From contig CAXXHB010000003.1 of the NCBI GenBank assembly GCA_963664815.2, positions 4,064,001 to 4,128,000 on the forward strand: a stretch of 64,000 nt of DNA. Reading direction: 5' to 3'. The DNA is from Spirochaetota bacterium. Lineage in GTDB: Bacteria > Spirochaetota > UBA4802 > UBA5550. The notes under the pieces were generated by a model. That model made no database searches. It was not told where the DNA came from and saw nothing but the letters and a program-made list of their open reading frames with translations. Positions within the stretch are counted from its first letter, which is position 1. Every line of letters starts with the position of its first letter. The position numbers and the translations under genes are program-made. Below, piece by piece: positions 32,197 to 42,497 of this stretch.

Positions 32197-33117
32197 TTAC
32201 TTCTGTGTCCCTGTATTAGTACTGGACCCCTCAAAAGATTTATGTAGATCCTGCCCGTCAAAATAAACTTCATAGGTATCTGTTAAAACTTTAATCTGGT
32301 CAAAAAACACGTACACATCCTCAGAATTCCTTGTGCTGGTTCCTGAATACTCACCAGCAACAGCTGTTACTTCTCTAAGAACTATACGTACAAGTTTAGA
32401 GACTCTTGTTACAGGATAAGTATCCGATGATTGAGGCATCTTTTCAGGAATTTCAAAAGTCATTGGCCTCCACCCTACAAAGTTAACAGACTGTTTTTCC
32501 AGAATATGTACATCACCTTTATAATCTTTCACCCAGAGCTCTATTGTATATGGAAAACCTCTTGCATGTACCCACATGGATATAGCCTTCGCTCTTCCAG
32601 GAAGCTGTATTCCTCTTTCCTGTACATCCTTCCGAATAGCCTGATCATATGTCTTTACAGGTGTACGATCTTTCCAGTCAAGCTCCATTGGAGGTTCCAG
32701 ATGTACTGAATTATTGCCAGGATATCTGAATCTGAAATGCAAACCTAATGCTTTTTTCTTCTCTTTTCCAAGTCCGGTTGGAGAATATGCTTCCTCAACT
32801 TTCATATCATTAGGCCCGCTATCAACAGCTTTAATTGCAAGAGCCATTATTGGATTTTTTTTACTTTTAGTTTCTTCATCGCCTTTTGTATACTCTTTCG
32901 GATTTGATGTTACAAACCAGCCATCTTCCTCTGTTTTTGTAGAAATTTTAAGATTCTCAAAATCCTCAACAACAAGCGCCTTTGTTTCTCCTCCGCTGAC
33001 ATCAGCGGCTACATTTGTTACAATTTTTGAATCAGCATTTTTTACAGATAGATTAATTATGAAAGAAGCTGTCACGCAAAAAACAACTACAAACATTCTT
33101 TTCGTTTTAATATTCAT
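32197..33117 (-). CDS. flaA: Periplasmic flagellar sheath protein FlaA
   Basis: Signal peptide; LPGRAKAISMWVHARG, KDYKG, NFVGWRPM, VFFDQIKVLTD. Confidence 0.85.
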   Translation of the reverse strand: MNIKTKRMFVVVFCVTASFIINLSVKNADSKIVTNVAADVSGGETKALVVEDFENLKISTKTEEDGWFVTSNPKEYTKGDEETKSKKNPIMALAIKAVDSGPNDMKVEEAYSPTGLGKEKKKALGLHFRFRYPGNNSVHLEPPMELDWKDRTPVKTYDQAIRKDVQERGIQLPGRAKAISMWVHARGFPYTIELWVKDYKGDVHILEKQSVNFVGWRPMTFEIPEKMPQSSDTYPVTRVSKLVRIVLREVTAVAGEYSGTSTRNSEDVYVFFDQIKVLTDTYEVYFDGQDLHKSFEGSSTNTGTQK

Positions 33118-33145
33118 TTATGACCTCCATTCTCCTCATCAACCA

Positions 33146-33931
33146 TTACCAGTTATCCTTAATATTTTCATCACCAGTAAATTCAGAAAGATCCGTTACA
33201 ACTCTGAACTGATCCAGATAGAAATAAAAAGGTCCCGGAGCTTCAAAATTATCGCTTTCTACAAAGAAAGAAACAAAATGGAGGTTTTTATCCATAACCG
33301 CGTAATTAGAGGATTGAGGCAACCAGCCCGGAATAATCACAGACATCTCCCTCCACCCCCAGAAGTCGAGCCTGCCAATTTTAAGCTTATGCAAATGACC
33401 CCTGTAATCACGAACTTTCACATAAAGAGTATGTCTGAACTTTCTGCCGAGAACCCATACTTTCAGTTCCTTTGCTTTACCTCTTATTATGTACTCATTT
33501 GGCGGGAAGATCTCGACCCTGTCATAACCCCTGTCGAGGAAATAACTTTTTACACCAAGAACAAATGCATTTTTATGAACGATACCAGTTTCTTCTTCTT
33601 TTGTTTCATCAGCAAATTCTTTACCAACTTCACTATTTTCATTAACCGGTTGACCATCCTTCATAGGTCTCGGTTTACCGGGATATTTTCTGATTTTTGT
33701 TTCACCCAGCGGACATGTTGAAACGGCTCTCCAATCTTCGCTATCTTCAAAATCATTAAGCCAGTCAACAACAAGACCATCCAACTTCTGTTTATTGCCC
33801 CCATCGCCTGTTGTTTCACTTTTAGTTGATGCTCCTTCCTGGGCGAGCAGGTGCGAACCCCCATTGCCGACTAAAAGAACAAATGTCCCCAGAAGAATCG
33901 ACAATGCAGCCACTTTCAACTTCCTGTTCAT
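33146..33931 (-). CDS. flaA: Periplasmic flagellar sheath protein FlaA (second paralogue)
   Basis: DFEDSEDW, VLGVK, LKVWVLGR, RDYRG, LDFWGWREM, FYFYLDQFRVVTD. Confidence 0.87.
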   Translation of the reverse strand: MNRKLKVAALSILLGTFVLLVGNGGSHLLAQEGASTKSETTGDGGNKQKLDGLVVDWLNDFEDSEDWRAVSTCPLGETKIRKYPGKPRPMKDGQPVNENSEVGKEFADETKEEETGIVHKNAFVLGVKSYFLDRGYDRVEIFPPNEYIIRGKAKELKVWVLGRKFRHTLYVKVRDYRGHLHKLKIGRLDFWGWREMSVIIPGWLPQSSNYAVMDKNLHFVSFFVESDNFEAPGPFYFYLDQFRVVTDLSEFTGDENIKDNW

Positions 33932-34374
33932 CGTAAACTCCTTTAATCAATATCGATTAATTCACGCTAATATAATTGAATAATTATACCTGACTATTTC
34001 AATTGTCGGTATAAAAAAATGAAAAATTAAACAAATAATATTTAATCCTATAATAATACTCTACATTTAAATTTAAATATAACATTAATCTTTGTCAAGG
34101 AAAATAATCAGATGTAAAATTTGTATAAAAATATTCTGAAAAAAACCGTGTGATGTGACATAAAATGTTATGACTAACCTTATTCTTCTTCTCAGACTCT
34201 AAAGTTAGCAGTATCTCCTTTTTAAGTACAACTAAATAAAAAAAATATTGATAAAAAAATTAAATATTTCAGATTAAAACATAAAATATTAAAATAATCT
34301 CTATACAGGCTTAAGAAGCAGAGAGATTAAGAATAACTTTTACAAATACATTAAATACATATCCGGAGTTTTCT

Positions 34375-34890
34375 TTGAAAAAAAATAGCAATATCGATCA
34401 CCCGGTTTTTTTTAAAATAGTAATGTTGATCACAGGACTGATAGCCGGTTTTATATGCGTTAAACTTTTATTTCTGCGTATGACTGTCAGCACAGATTCA
34501 ATGAATCCTACCCTTAAAACCGGGGATAAAATAATAATCAGCAAGCTTTCAGATATAAAAAAAGGTGATATTATCGTTTTAAACAGCCCGGTCGAAGATG
34601 GAAGACTACTGATTTCAAGAGTCGTAGCTTCAGAATATGAATCTGTTGAAATACGCAATAAAGTAGTCTATGTTGATGATAAAAGCATGGAAATCATCTC
34701 TGATTCTACAAGAAATAGCGGAATTATCTATCCTATGAAATTCTGTTACAGAGATAATATGCCACCGGTAAAACTGGAAAGAAATGAATATTTTTTACTT
34801 GGTGATAATTTTGATAAAAGCTTTGACAGCAGGGCTTTCGGAAAAATTTCAAGTGCTTCAATTGTTGGCAAAGTAATCTACAAGAAATAG
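34375..34890 (+). CDS. Signal peptidase I (S26)-like protein, catalytic Lys apparently replaced
   Basis: TM anchor, SMNPTL..GD, KGDIIV, YFLLGDN..SFDSR.FG; ISRVVA instead of IKRV. Confidence 0.8.
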   Translation: MKKNSNIDHPVFFKIVMLITGLIAGFICVKLLFLRMTVSTDSMNPTLKTGDKIIISKLSDIKKGDIIVLNSPVEDGRLLISRVVASEYESVEIRNKVVYVDDKSMEIISDSTRNSGIIYPMKFCYRDNMPPVKLERNEYFLLGDNFDKSFDSRAFGKISSASIVGKVIYKK

Positions 34891-34928
34891 GTTCCTGAGA
34901 CAGGGGCCGGTTTGCCCGGGGAGGCTAA

Positions 34929-37418
34929 ATGGCAAGAGCGATTATAATGGCCGGCGGAGAGGGAACAAGACTCCGCCCTTTGACCTGTATAAGAGCAAAA
35001 CCGATGGTGCCGGTTATTAATAAACCAACCATTGAACATTCGGTAAAACTTCTTAAATCATATGGCATCACAGACATTACTCTCAGCATTTATACTCTTC
35101 CTGAAAATTTCCAGAATTACTTCGGAGATGGCTCCGAACTTGGAGTCAAAATCTCCTATTCTGTTGAAGAAAAGCCTCTTGGTACGGCAGGAGGAGTGAA
35201 AAAAGCCCTTGGAGATACTGATGAGACCTCAATAATTTTAAGTGGTGACGGCATTATTGATTTTAACATTAGAGAAATACTTCAATTTCACAGGGAAAAG
35301 CAGTCATCTATCACAATCGTCCTGAACAGAACTGATAAACCAACCGATTATGGAGTTGTTATAACAGACAGCCAGGGTAGAATAGAAAAATTCCTGGAAA
35401 AACCATCATGGAGTGAAATCTACTCCGACACAGTCAACACCGGAATGTATGTTATAGAACCATCACTCATAAAAAAATTTATTCCAGATGAAGAAAGTTC
35501 CGACTTTTCACTCGATCTCTTTCCAGTACTCAAAAAGAAAAAGATACCGATGTACGGATTCATAACAGATGGCTATTGGTGTGACATAGGAACACTTGCA
35601 ACTTATAACAATGTCCATAAAGATATACTGGACGGAAAAGTAAAAATTGATATTCCCGGGAAAAAAATTGCGCATGATATATGGGTTGGGCGGGATGTTG
35701 AGATTGATCCTGGCGCAAAAATAAAAGGGCCAATAATAATAGGTGATTTTGCACGAATAAAAAAAGGAGCTGAAATATCTGAATATTCTGTTATAGGGGA
35801 CAACTGCCTTATAGAAGAAAATTCATCTGTTAAAAAAAGCATTATTTTCCATAACACGGTCATAGGGAGAAACTGCGAACTGCGAGGCGCCATTGTAGGA
35901 AAAAGATGTGTTCTCGGAGAAAGTGTTTCAATATATGAAGACGCCGTCGTTGCAGATGACTGTTCACTCGGCTCAGGTACAGTAATCCAGTCTGGAATAC
36001 GTGTATGGCCTGATAAATCCATTGAACAGGGTACCAGGATTACAACAGACCTTATATGGGGTCAGACCGAAAAGAAAACCCTTTTCAGCTCCGATGGAAT
36101 TACAGGTACATTTAATGTCAAGATTACTCCCGAATTTGCTTCCAAAATTGGTTCCGCAGTGGGCGCGTATCTTGGAAAAAATACAAAAGTTGTCATAAGC
36201 AGAGATGTCACAAAAGCATCTTGTCTTATCAAACATGCATTGACATCAGGCCTCTTATCCATGGGAGTTGATGTTTACGATATGGACATTGAGACTGTAC
36301 CAATCAACAGGTACTGTACAAAGTTTTTAAATACCGATATGGGTATTTACATTCAGGTTACATATCTTACGGGATTACAGAATATCCAGATTCAGTTTTT
36401 CAACAGAAACGGTTTTCAGATCCCTGTATGCGAGGAAAAGAGAATCGAAAATATTTTTTTCAGAGGTGACTATCCCCGGAAAGATGTCTTTGAATCCGGA
36501 GAGGTCATCCACCCTTCACATCACATAGGTTCTTACATCAGCAATATGATAAATTACATCAACAGAGAAACAGTTAAAAAGGGGAACTGGAAAATTATTC
36601 TCGATTGTCTTAATGGCACAGCTTCCTATATCTTCCCGGAGCTGCTCGATTCAATGAACATTGAAACAACAGTGCTGCGCGGCCAGATAAAAGAAACACT
36701 CAACGAATACGACATTATGGCGGGAACCATTAAATCCATATACAATGTTGTTAACATGTCCAAGATGAACAGAGAGATCGGTGTAATCATAGGCCCTCAC
36801 GGCACTAATATTACAATCATTGACGAGATGGGAAATGTTCTCACTACCGACGATATCACTGCGATCCTAAGCCTTTTTTATTTAAAATATTCCTATTCGA
36901 AAACAATCAGCCTTCCAGTTAATTCTTCAAATGTCATAAGCCGCCTTATTGAAGATAATGGTGGAACCGTTAAATGGACATCCACAAGGCTCAGAATTCC
37001 TGAAGATTCAATAGATATATTCTTCGGCGGAAAATCAAGGCATCCGTTACTTGAGCAGAAGATTGACCCGATGATTACATTCCTGAGAGTACTTGAATAT
37101 CTCACCCTTGAACAGAAAGAACTTTATGAAGTGAGAGAATTCCTCCCCAGAACCAATCTTTTAAGCACAAGTATACAATGTACTGTTGAAGAAAAAGCTG
37201 CAATCATGGCAATGCTCTCAACAGAAACAGAAAAGAATAATGTCGAACTTATAGATGGCATAAAAATAATTCAGAACAATTCGTGGATACTTCTTCTCCC
37301 GGATTCATCACAGCCACTTATACACATCTATGCTGAGGGTGACTCGACAAAAGAGAGAGACAGACTCATAAACAGCTATTCCGAAAAGATAAAACAGTTC
37401 AGACTGGGGCATATTTAA
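34929..37418 (+). CDS. Mannose-1-phosphate guanylyltransferase-like NTP transferase + left-handed beta-helix + phosphomannomutase-like fusion
   Basis: MAGGEGTRLRPLT..KPMVPV, EEKPLGTAG, FLEKP, YWCDIG; hexapeptide repeats; C-terminal LFSSDGITG...DGIKI..W.LLLP PMM-like part. Confidence 0.88.
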   Translation: MARAIIMAGGEGTRLRPLTCIRAKPMVPVINKPTIEHSVKLLKSYGITDITLSIYTLPENFQNYFGDGSELGVKISYSVEEKPLGTAGGVKKALGDTDETSIILSGDGIIDFNIREILQFHREKQSSITIVLNRTDKPTDYGVVITDSQGRIEKFLEKPSWSEIYSDTVNTGMYVIEPSLIKKFIPDEESSDFSLDLFPVLKKKKIPMYGFITDGYWCDIGTLATYNNVHKDILDGKVKIDIPGKKIAHDIWVGRDVEIDPGAKIKGPIIIGDFARIKKGAEISEYSVIGDNCLIEENSSVKKSIIFHNTVIGRNCELRGAIVGKRCVLGESVSIYEDAVVADDCSLGSGTVIQSGIRVWPDKSIEQGTRITTDLIWGQTEKKTLFSSDGITGTFNVKITPEFASKIGSAVGAYLGKNTKVVISRDVTKASCLIKHALTSGLLSMGVDVYDMDIETVPINRYCTKFLNTDMGIYIQVTYLTGLQNIQIQFFNRNGFQIPVCEEKRIENIFFRGDYPRKDVFESGEVIHPSHHIGSYISNMINYINRETVKKGNWKIILDCLNGTASYIFPELLDSMNIETTVLRGQIKETLNEYDIMAGTIKSIYNVVNMSKMNREIGVIIGPHGTNITIIDEMGNVLTTDDITAILSLFYLKYSYSKTISLPVNSSNVISRLIEDNGGTVKWTSTRLRIPEDSIDIFFGGKSRHPLLEQKIDPMITFLRVLEYLTLEQKELYEVREFLPRTNLLSTSIQCTVEEKAAIMAMLSTETEKNNVELIDGIKIIQNNSWILLLPDSSQPLIHIYAEGDSTKERDRLINSYSEKIKQFRLGHI

Positions 37419-37601
37419 TGCAGGATAATAATTATTTCATTGTTCATACATAAATATCGCGAACAGTCTCCGGAGTAGGCGGCTTTCTCTTCAGTTGATG
37501 AAATGAATTTTAAAATAATTATTTACTGAAGCTATAATTCTGGCTATCATTTCTTGACTGAGCCAAAAGATAACACATGAAAATATTCCGCCAGTTTTTC
37601 A

Positions 37602-39113
37602 TTAATACAAAACCTGAATTATACTACCGCTGCTTTTTTCAACCAGATGCAATCCGATTCTGGTGGTATTATTAATAAATCTCCTGTCATGGCTGACTAT
37701 GATGACTGCCCCTTCAAATCCCGAAAGGGCATTTTCCAGACATTCAACAGAAGGCATATCCATATGGTTTGTAGGCTCATCCATCATTATCAGCGAAGGA
37801 GTTTTCATCAGTCCAAGTCCCAGAATTAGTTTCCGTATCTCTCCGGGGCTAGGAATTGGTGTCTGAAGAATTCTTTCAGGATCTGATCCCAACCTGTAAA
37901 CAACGGAAAGAAGTTCGCCAAGATCCTTTCCTGATAGAGTTTCAATTTCAGATTGAATTTCCCTCCATTCATCTGTACTTATCTCCTGGCTTATGTATAT
38001 AACCTTATTGTCAGGGATAGCTATCATTGACCTGATATACCTCATCAGCGTACTTTTACCGGTTCCGTTATTTCCGGTAATACTGATCCTGTCCGAAGGA
38101 AGTATTACAAACTCCGGAATCTTAATATACCGCTTTTCATTTATATATATTTTTCCGGCTGGAATCAGCGCAATTCTGTCTCTTCTCAACCGTTCCCCAT
38201 TATATGTAAAACCATCGGTTTTCCTGATTTTTACATATTTTGAAACTGCTTCACTATTAAGGTTCTCTGCCCGTTTCTCTACCATTTTTATTTTTCGTGA
38301 AGCTTTTTTATCCTTTCCTGTTAATCGCGCAAGGTCTATTTTTCCTTTGGCATCATGATCATGTTTTTTTATATTTTTTTTAGACAGTGATCCGGTTCTT
38401 CCATGCTCTTTCCTCTTTAGAAGTCTGAGACTCTTTTCAACCCTCTCCATTCTTTCTAAAGCTGTTTCATATCCTCTCTCCGCGCTTCTCTCCTCCAGTT
38501 CCTCCTGAGCCCTTCCTGAAGTGTATCCTCCCGGCCTTAATATAATTTTTCCGGGACGTACAAAAAGCGTTGAGGAGCAAAGTCGGTCAATCAGATCGCG
38601 GTCGTGACTTATGACCATTCCTATACCTTTGAAAGTTTCGAGTGCGCTGATTATCTGTTCCCTTGCACATGAATCGAGGTGATTGGCAGGTTCATCCATA
38701 ACAAGAATATCGGGTTCACGCTGAAGAGCTGCTCCTGCCTGAAACTTTTTCCGTTCACCATGACTGAGTGTATCCCATCTCTCAAGTCAGTCATTATCTA
38801 TACCAAGCAGAGATCTCAGTTCCCCTGCCCTGTTATCGCTGTTGCAAATAAACTCGGCAGCCCTGCATGGTGGAAACTCAGTAATCTGATCGCAAAAAGC
38901 TGATGATGAATTATTTAATCCGGTGATTTTCCCTTTTCCTGGAAGAAGAAGCCCGCAGGCAAGCATGGCAATGGTGCTTTTTCCAGCACCATTAGGTCCG
39001 ACAATACCTGTCCATCCACTTGTAAAATTAATAGACAGAGAGGAAATAATATTTTCCGATGAGGTACCATATGAAAATGAAACATCGATAAATCTCAAAT
39101 TAACTGACGACAT
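37602..39113 (-). pseudogene. ABC-F family ATPase interrupted by an in-frame TGA at 38787-38789
   Basis: ORFs 38787-39113 and 37602-38699 are in one frame: ...GIDND*LERWDTLSHGERKK...MDEPANHLD; two Walker A motifs (GPNGAGKST, GNNGTGKST); no TM domains. Confidence 0.8.
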
Positions 39114-39176
39114 AGCTCTCTCCTGAATCTGCAATATGCCGGTATTATCACTTCTATTCCCGGTTGGCTCTATGAA

Positions 39177-39230
39177 GAAAGAGAGAAATCCATCAGGATC
39201 CAGCTCTTTCAGTTAATCTTCTGATTTCAT
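39177..39230 (-). promoter_or_regulatory. Putative leader peptide (MKSED, 39213-39230) followed by a hairpin (39177-39210)
   Basis: AAGGAA SD-like sequence, then ATG AAA TCA GAA GAT TAA, then GAAAGAG-CT-GGATCC-TGAT-GGATTT-CT-CTCTTTC. Confidence 0.45.
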
Positions 39231-39409
39231 GTATGTTTATTTCCTTTTTTAATAAGTAGTCAATTTCTCTAATTTAAATCCTGTTATTGTCAATATTTTT
39301 TCAAATAATTTCTCTGTTTCAATAACGCCACTATGTAAACACCTGCTATAATTCTTGACAAATAATACTTCGAAGCATAAATAAATCTTCATCTGAGAGG
39401 TGAAATGAC

Positions 39410-39613
39410 ATGGACTGTAAAAAAGAAAAAAATCTCACAGGATGCAACTGCACTTACACTCCCTGTTCAAGAAAAGGTTTATGCTGTGAATGTATAACAT
39501 ATCACAGGAGGGCAAGGGAACTCCCGGCATGTTTTTTCCCGGCGAAATCAGAAAGAAGCTACGACAGATCTTATGAACATTTTTTACAACTTGTGAAAAA
39601 TGGAGAAGTTTAA
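39410..39613 (+). CDS. Small Cys-rich protein (DUF6485-like)
   Basis: [29 protein letters not shown]; GAGGTG SD; TTGACA at 39355. Confidence 0.75.
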   Translation: MDCKKEKNLTGCNCTYTPCSRKGLCCECITYHRRARELPACFFPAKSERSYDRSYEHFLQLVKNGEV

Positions 39614-40005
39614 TAAAAAATTTAAAACGATAAAATATACAATTTCAATATAAATAAATACAGGTTCCGGATTACCGGATAAATATTATATACAGACTAT
39701 CCCTGCTGAGACTCTGTTCCTCTCCTTAAATAATAATTTATTACAATCTTTGTAATTAACTCTGCCTTAATAAAAAATCATCTTGATTTAATCAGTCTTA
39801 TTAATTATATTTCATCAGGATTAAATATCAATTATAAAGTCCGTTTAAAAAATTTTTGACAGATTAAATTTAATATAATAAGCTTGGTATAAAAAGTCAG
39901 GTAACATTTCGACTGTAAATAAATCATAATTTCAGATTCGATTCCTGCTAAAGATTAAAAAAAGATGCTCAGCAATACAGGGTTTAAATGTAAACTGGAG
40001 GAACA

Positions 40006-40611
40006 ATGTTTCTAAGATTTTTAATATCTCTTATACTTGGCATAATCTCGGCTAAAATTTTTCATTTTTTATTTTTTTTTAAAAGTTATCTGTTATCATT
40101 CCTGATAGGAGTTCTTGTTTATTATCTCGTATATAAGATCCTGAAAGCAATTATCCCTGGTAAAGGCACCGATAAACCCTTAAGTGATCCATTTAAAGCA
40201 ATTGCCGGGGAAAAAGCCGTAAAAGAGGGATTGGAGAAACTCAGAAACCTAAGAAATAAAACCCGTATGATCACCAGCAATGAAGTAGCGACAAAAGTTC
40301 AGGATATCTGTAAAACCGGCGCCGATATCTTTGACTATCTTGGTAAAAATCCCGGTGATATATCCAAAGCACGGCAGTTCATTAATTACTACCTCGATGC
40401 AACTGAAAAGATTGTAAACCAGTATGTAGAACTCTCCGCACGTAAAGATAAAACTCCGGAAATTGAAGATTCCTTAAAAAAAGTAGAATCCATACTCGAT
40501 TCGATAAAAGATACCTATTCAAAACAACTGCAGAATCTCCTTGAAAATGATCTTCTTGACCTCAACACGGAGATCACAGTTCTTGAAAAAACAATGAAAT
40601 ATGAAGGATAA
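40006..40611 (+). CDS. XpaC-like (5-bromo-4-chloroindolyl phosphate hydrolysis family) protein
   Basis: N-terminal TMs, ARQFINYYLD, LLENDLLDLNTEITVL; directly upstream of telA as in xpaC-yaaN. Confidence 0.8.
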   Translation: MFLRFLISLILGIISAKIFHFLFFFKSYLLSFLIGVLVYYLVYKILKAIIPGKGTDKPLSDPFKAIAGEKAVKEGLEKLRNLRNKTRMITSNEVATKVQDICKTGADIFDYLGKNPGDISKARQFINYYLDATEKIVNQYVELSARKDKTPEIEDSLKKVESILDSIKDTYSKQLQNLLENDLLDLNTEITVLEKTMKYEG

Positions 40612-40635
40612 TAATTAATAATACCGGAGGACACA

Positions 40636-41733
40636 ATGGAAGGAGCAGTTCAGGAATTAAAAAAAGAACCCGCATTAAATGATCTTACAGGAGATCAGAA
40701 ACAGAAGGTCGAACAGATCATGGCGCAAATAGATGTTAATGACTCTCAGGGAATAATTCAATATGGCGTTGGAGCCCAGAGTAACATATCCAGTTTTGCC
40801 GATAGTATACTCGACCAGGTAAAAGCTAAAGACGCTGGAGAGGTCGGAGCAGTATTGACAGATCTTATGCTCACAGTTAAAAAAATAGACGTTGAATCTC
40901 TTTCCAGCGAAAGCCTGATGTCAAAGATCCCGCTGCTTGGTAATCTCTTTGCCGGGGCAAAAAAATTTATTGCACAATACCAGTCTATTGAACATCATAT
41001 TGAAGAGATAACAGACGAGATGACCAAGGCGAGAATGCAACTTCTGAAAGATATAACTCTCCTTGACTCACTTTATGAAAAAAACAAGGAATATCTCACC
41101 GAACTGGATATTTTTATACTCGCAGGGGAACTGAAACTTAAAGAGCTCCAGGATAAAACACTCCCTGAAGTAAAAGCAAAGGCCGAAGCATCAAAGGATA
41201 CACTAGATGCACAAAAGGTTCAGGATCTTTCGCAAATGATAAACAGGTTTGAGAAAAAAGTTCACGATCTCAAACTAAGCAGGATGATCGCGATTCAGAC
41301 ACTCCCGCAGGTGAGACTCATTCAGAATAATGACCAGCTTCTGGTGGAAAAAATCCAGAGTTCAATACTTAACACAATTCCTCTGTGGAAAAATCAGGTT
41401 GTTATTGCAATAAGTCTCTTCAGACAGAAAAAAGCTCTCGAACTTCAGAAAGAAGTCTCCGCCACAACAAATGATCTCCTTACAAAAAATTCAGAGCTTC
41501 TGAAAACCAGCAGTATTGAAGTAGCGAAAGAATCTGAAAAAGGTATTGTTGAAATTGAGACTCTTAAAAAAGTCCATGATAACCTGATATCAACTATCGA
41601 TGAAACGCTCAAAATTCAGGCGGAGGGTAAAACTAAACGTGCACAGGCGGAGGTTGAAATCCAGAAACTCGAAAACGACCTGAAAAATAAACTTTCTCAG
41701 GTGAAAGAATCAGGTTCACCGTTAAAATTATAG
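40636..41733 (+). CDS. telA: Toxic anion resistance protein TelA/YaaN
   Basis: YGVGAQ, QTLPQVRLIQNND..LVEKIQS..NTIPLWKNQ. Confidence 0.9.
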   Translation: MEGAVQELKKEPALNDLTGDQKQKVEQIMAQIDVNDSQGIIQYGVGAQSNISSFADSILDQVKAKDAGEVGAVLTDLMLTVKKIDVESLSSESLMSKIPLLGNLFAGAKKFIAQYQSIEHHIEEITDEMTKARMQLLKDITLLDSLYEKNKEYLTELDIFILAGELKLKELQDKTLPEVKAKAEASKDTLDAQKVQDLSQMINRFEKKVHDLKLSRMIAIQTLPQVRLIQNNDQLLVEKIQSSILNTIPLWKNQVVIAISLFRQKKALELQKEVSATTNDLLTKNSELLKTSSIEVAKESEKGIVEIETLKKVHDNLISTIDETLKIQAEGKTKRAQAEVEIQKLENDLKNKLSQVKESGSPLKL

Positions 41734-41757
41734 AAATACAACATTTACTATATCGAA

Positions 41758-42306
41758 ATGAAAGTTCTTATTCCCCTCGCTGAAGGATTTGAAGAGATTG
41801 AAGCTGTAACAGTAATAGATCTGCTCAGGCGTGCTGATATTCATGCAGTCACCGCCGCGCTGAAGAAAAATCCCGTATCAGGCACTCACGATATACTTGT
41901 TACAGCTGATTGTCTGCTCAGCAAGGTTATTTCAGAGATTGTGAACTTTGACGCTATTGTATTACCGGGTGGAATGCCAGGAAGTGCAAATCTAAAAAAC
42001 GACCCCCGTATTATTAATATAATAAAACAAATTAATAAGTCGGGGGGGCTTACCGCAGCCATTTGTGCAGCACCGATTGTACTTTCAGAAGCAAAAATAT
42101 TAACAGGGAAAAAATTCACATGCTACCCTGGTTACGAAGATGAAATAACAGAAGGTATATTTACAGATGAAAGTGTTGCTTCTGACGGATCTATTATCAC
42201 CTGTAAAGGAGCTGGTCTGGCTACTTTATTTGCTCTTGCTATTATAGAATTTATTAAGGATAAGGAAACTGCAAAAAGAATCAAAGAGCAGGTAATGTCC
42301 GCCTGA
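41758..42306 (+). CDS. DJ-1/YajL/PfpI family protein
   Basis: GFEEIEA, LPGGMPGS, AAICAAP, TCYPG. Confidence 0.92.
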   Translation: MKVLIPLAEGFEEIEAVTVIDLLRRADIHAVTAALKKNPVSGTHDILVTADCLLSKVISEIVNFDAIVLPGGMPGSANLKNDPRIINIIKQINKSGGLTAAICAAPIVLSEAKILTGKKFTCYPGYEDEITEGIFTDESVASDGSIITCKGAGLATLFALAIIEFIKDKETAKRIKEQVMSA

Positions 42307-42357
42307 TAAATTCTCCCAAAATAGTGCAAATTTGTACTTTCATTTTTAAATATAAAC

Positions 42358-42386
42358 TTGACAGATTTTCCCCTTTATTGTATAAA
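42358..42386 (+). promoter_or_regulatory. Sigma70-like promoter of the M23 gene
   Basis: TTGACA-N17-TATAAA. Confidence 0.6.
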
Positions 42387-42497
42387 AGAATAAAGTATTA
42401 TTGAAAATATGAAATTTTTTACAGTGCAAATTTGTGAATACATTTTAGCGAATAATAAATATTTTCTCAAATTAATATAACAGATAATTAAAAAAAT

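Noticed and set aside
32714-33721. 335-aa plus-strand ORF
   Set aside because: Antisense shadow of the two flaA genes, with no motifs; the same applies to the many short antisense ORFs in the track
38787-38789. TGA as selenocysteine or genetic code 4/25
   Set aside because: Not a Cys-type catalytic site, and several clear genes (gltD, greA, speA, nspC) terminate at TGA
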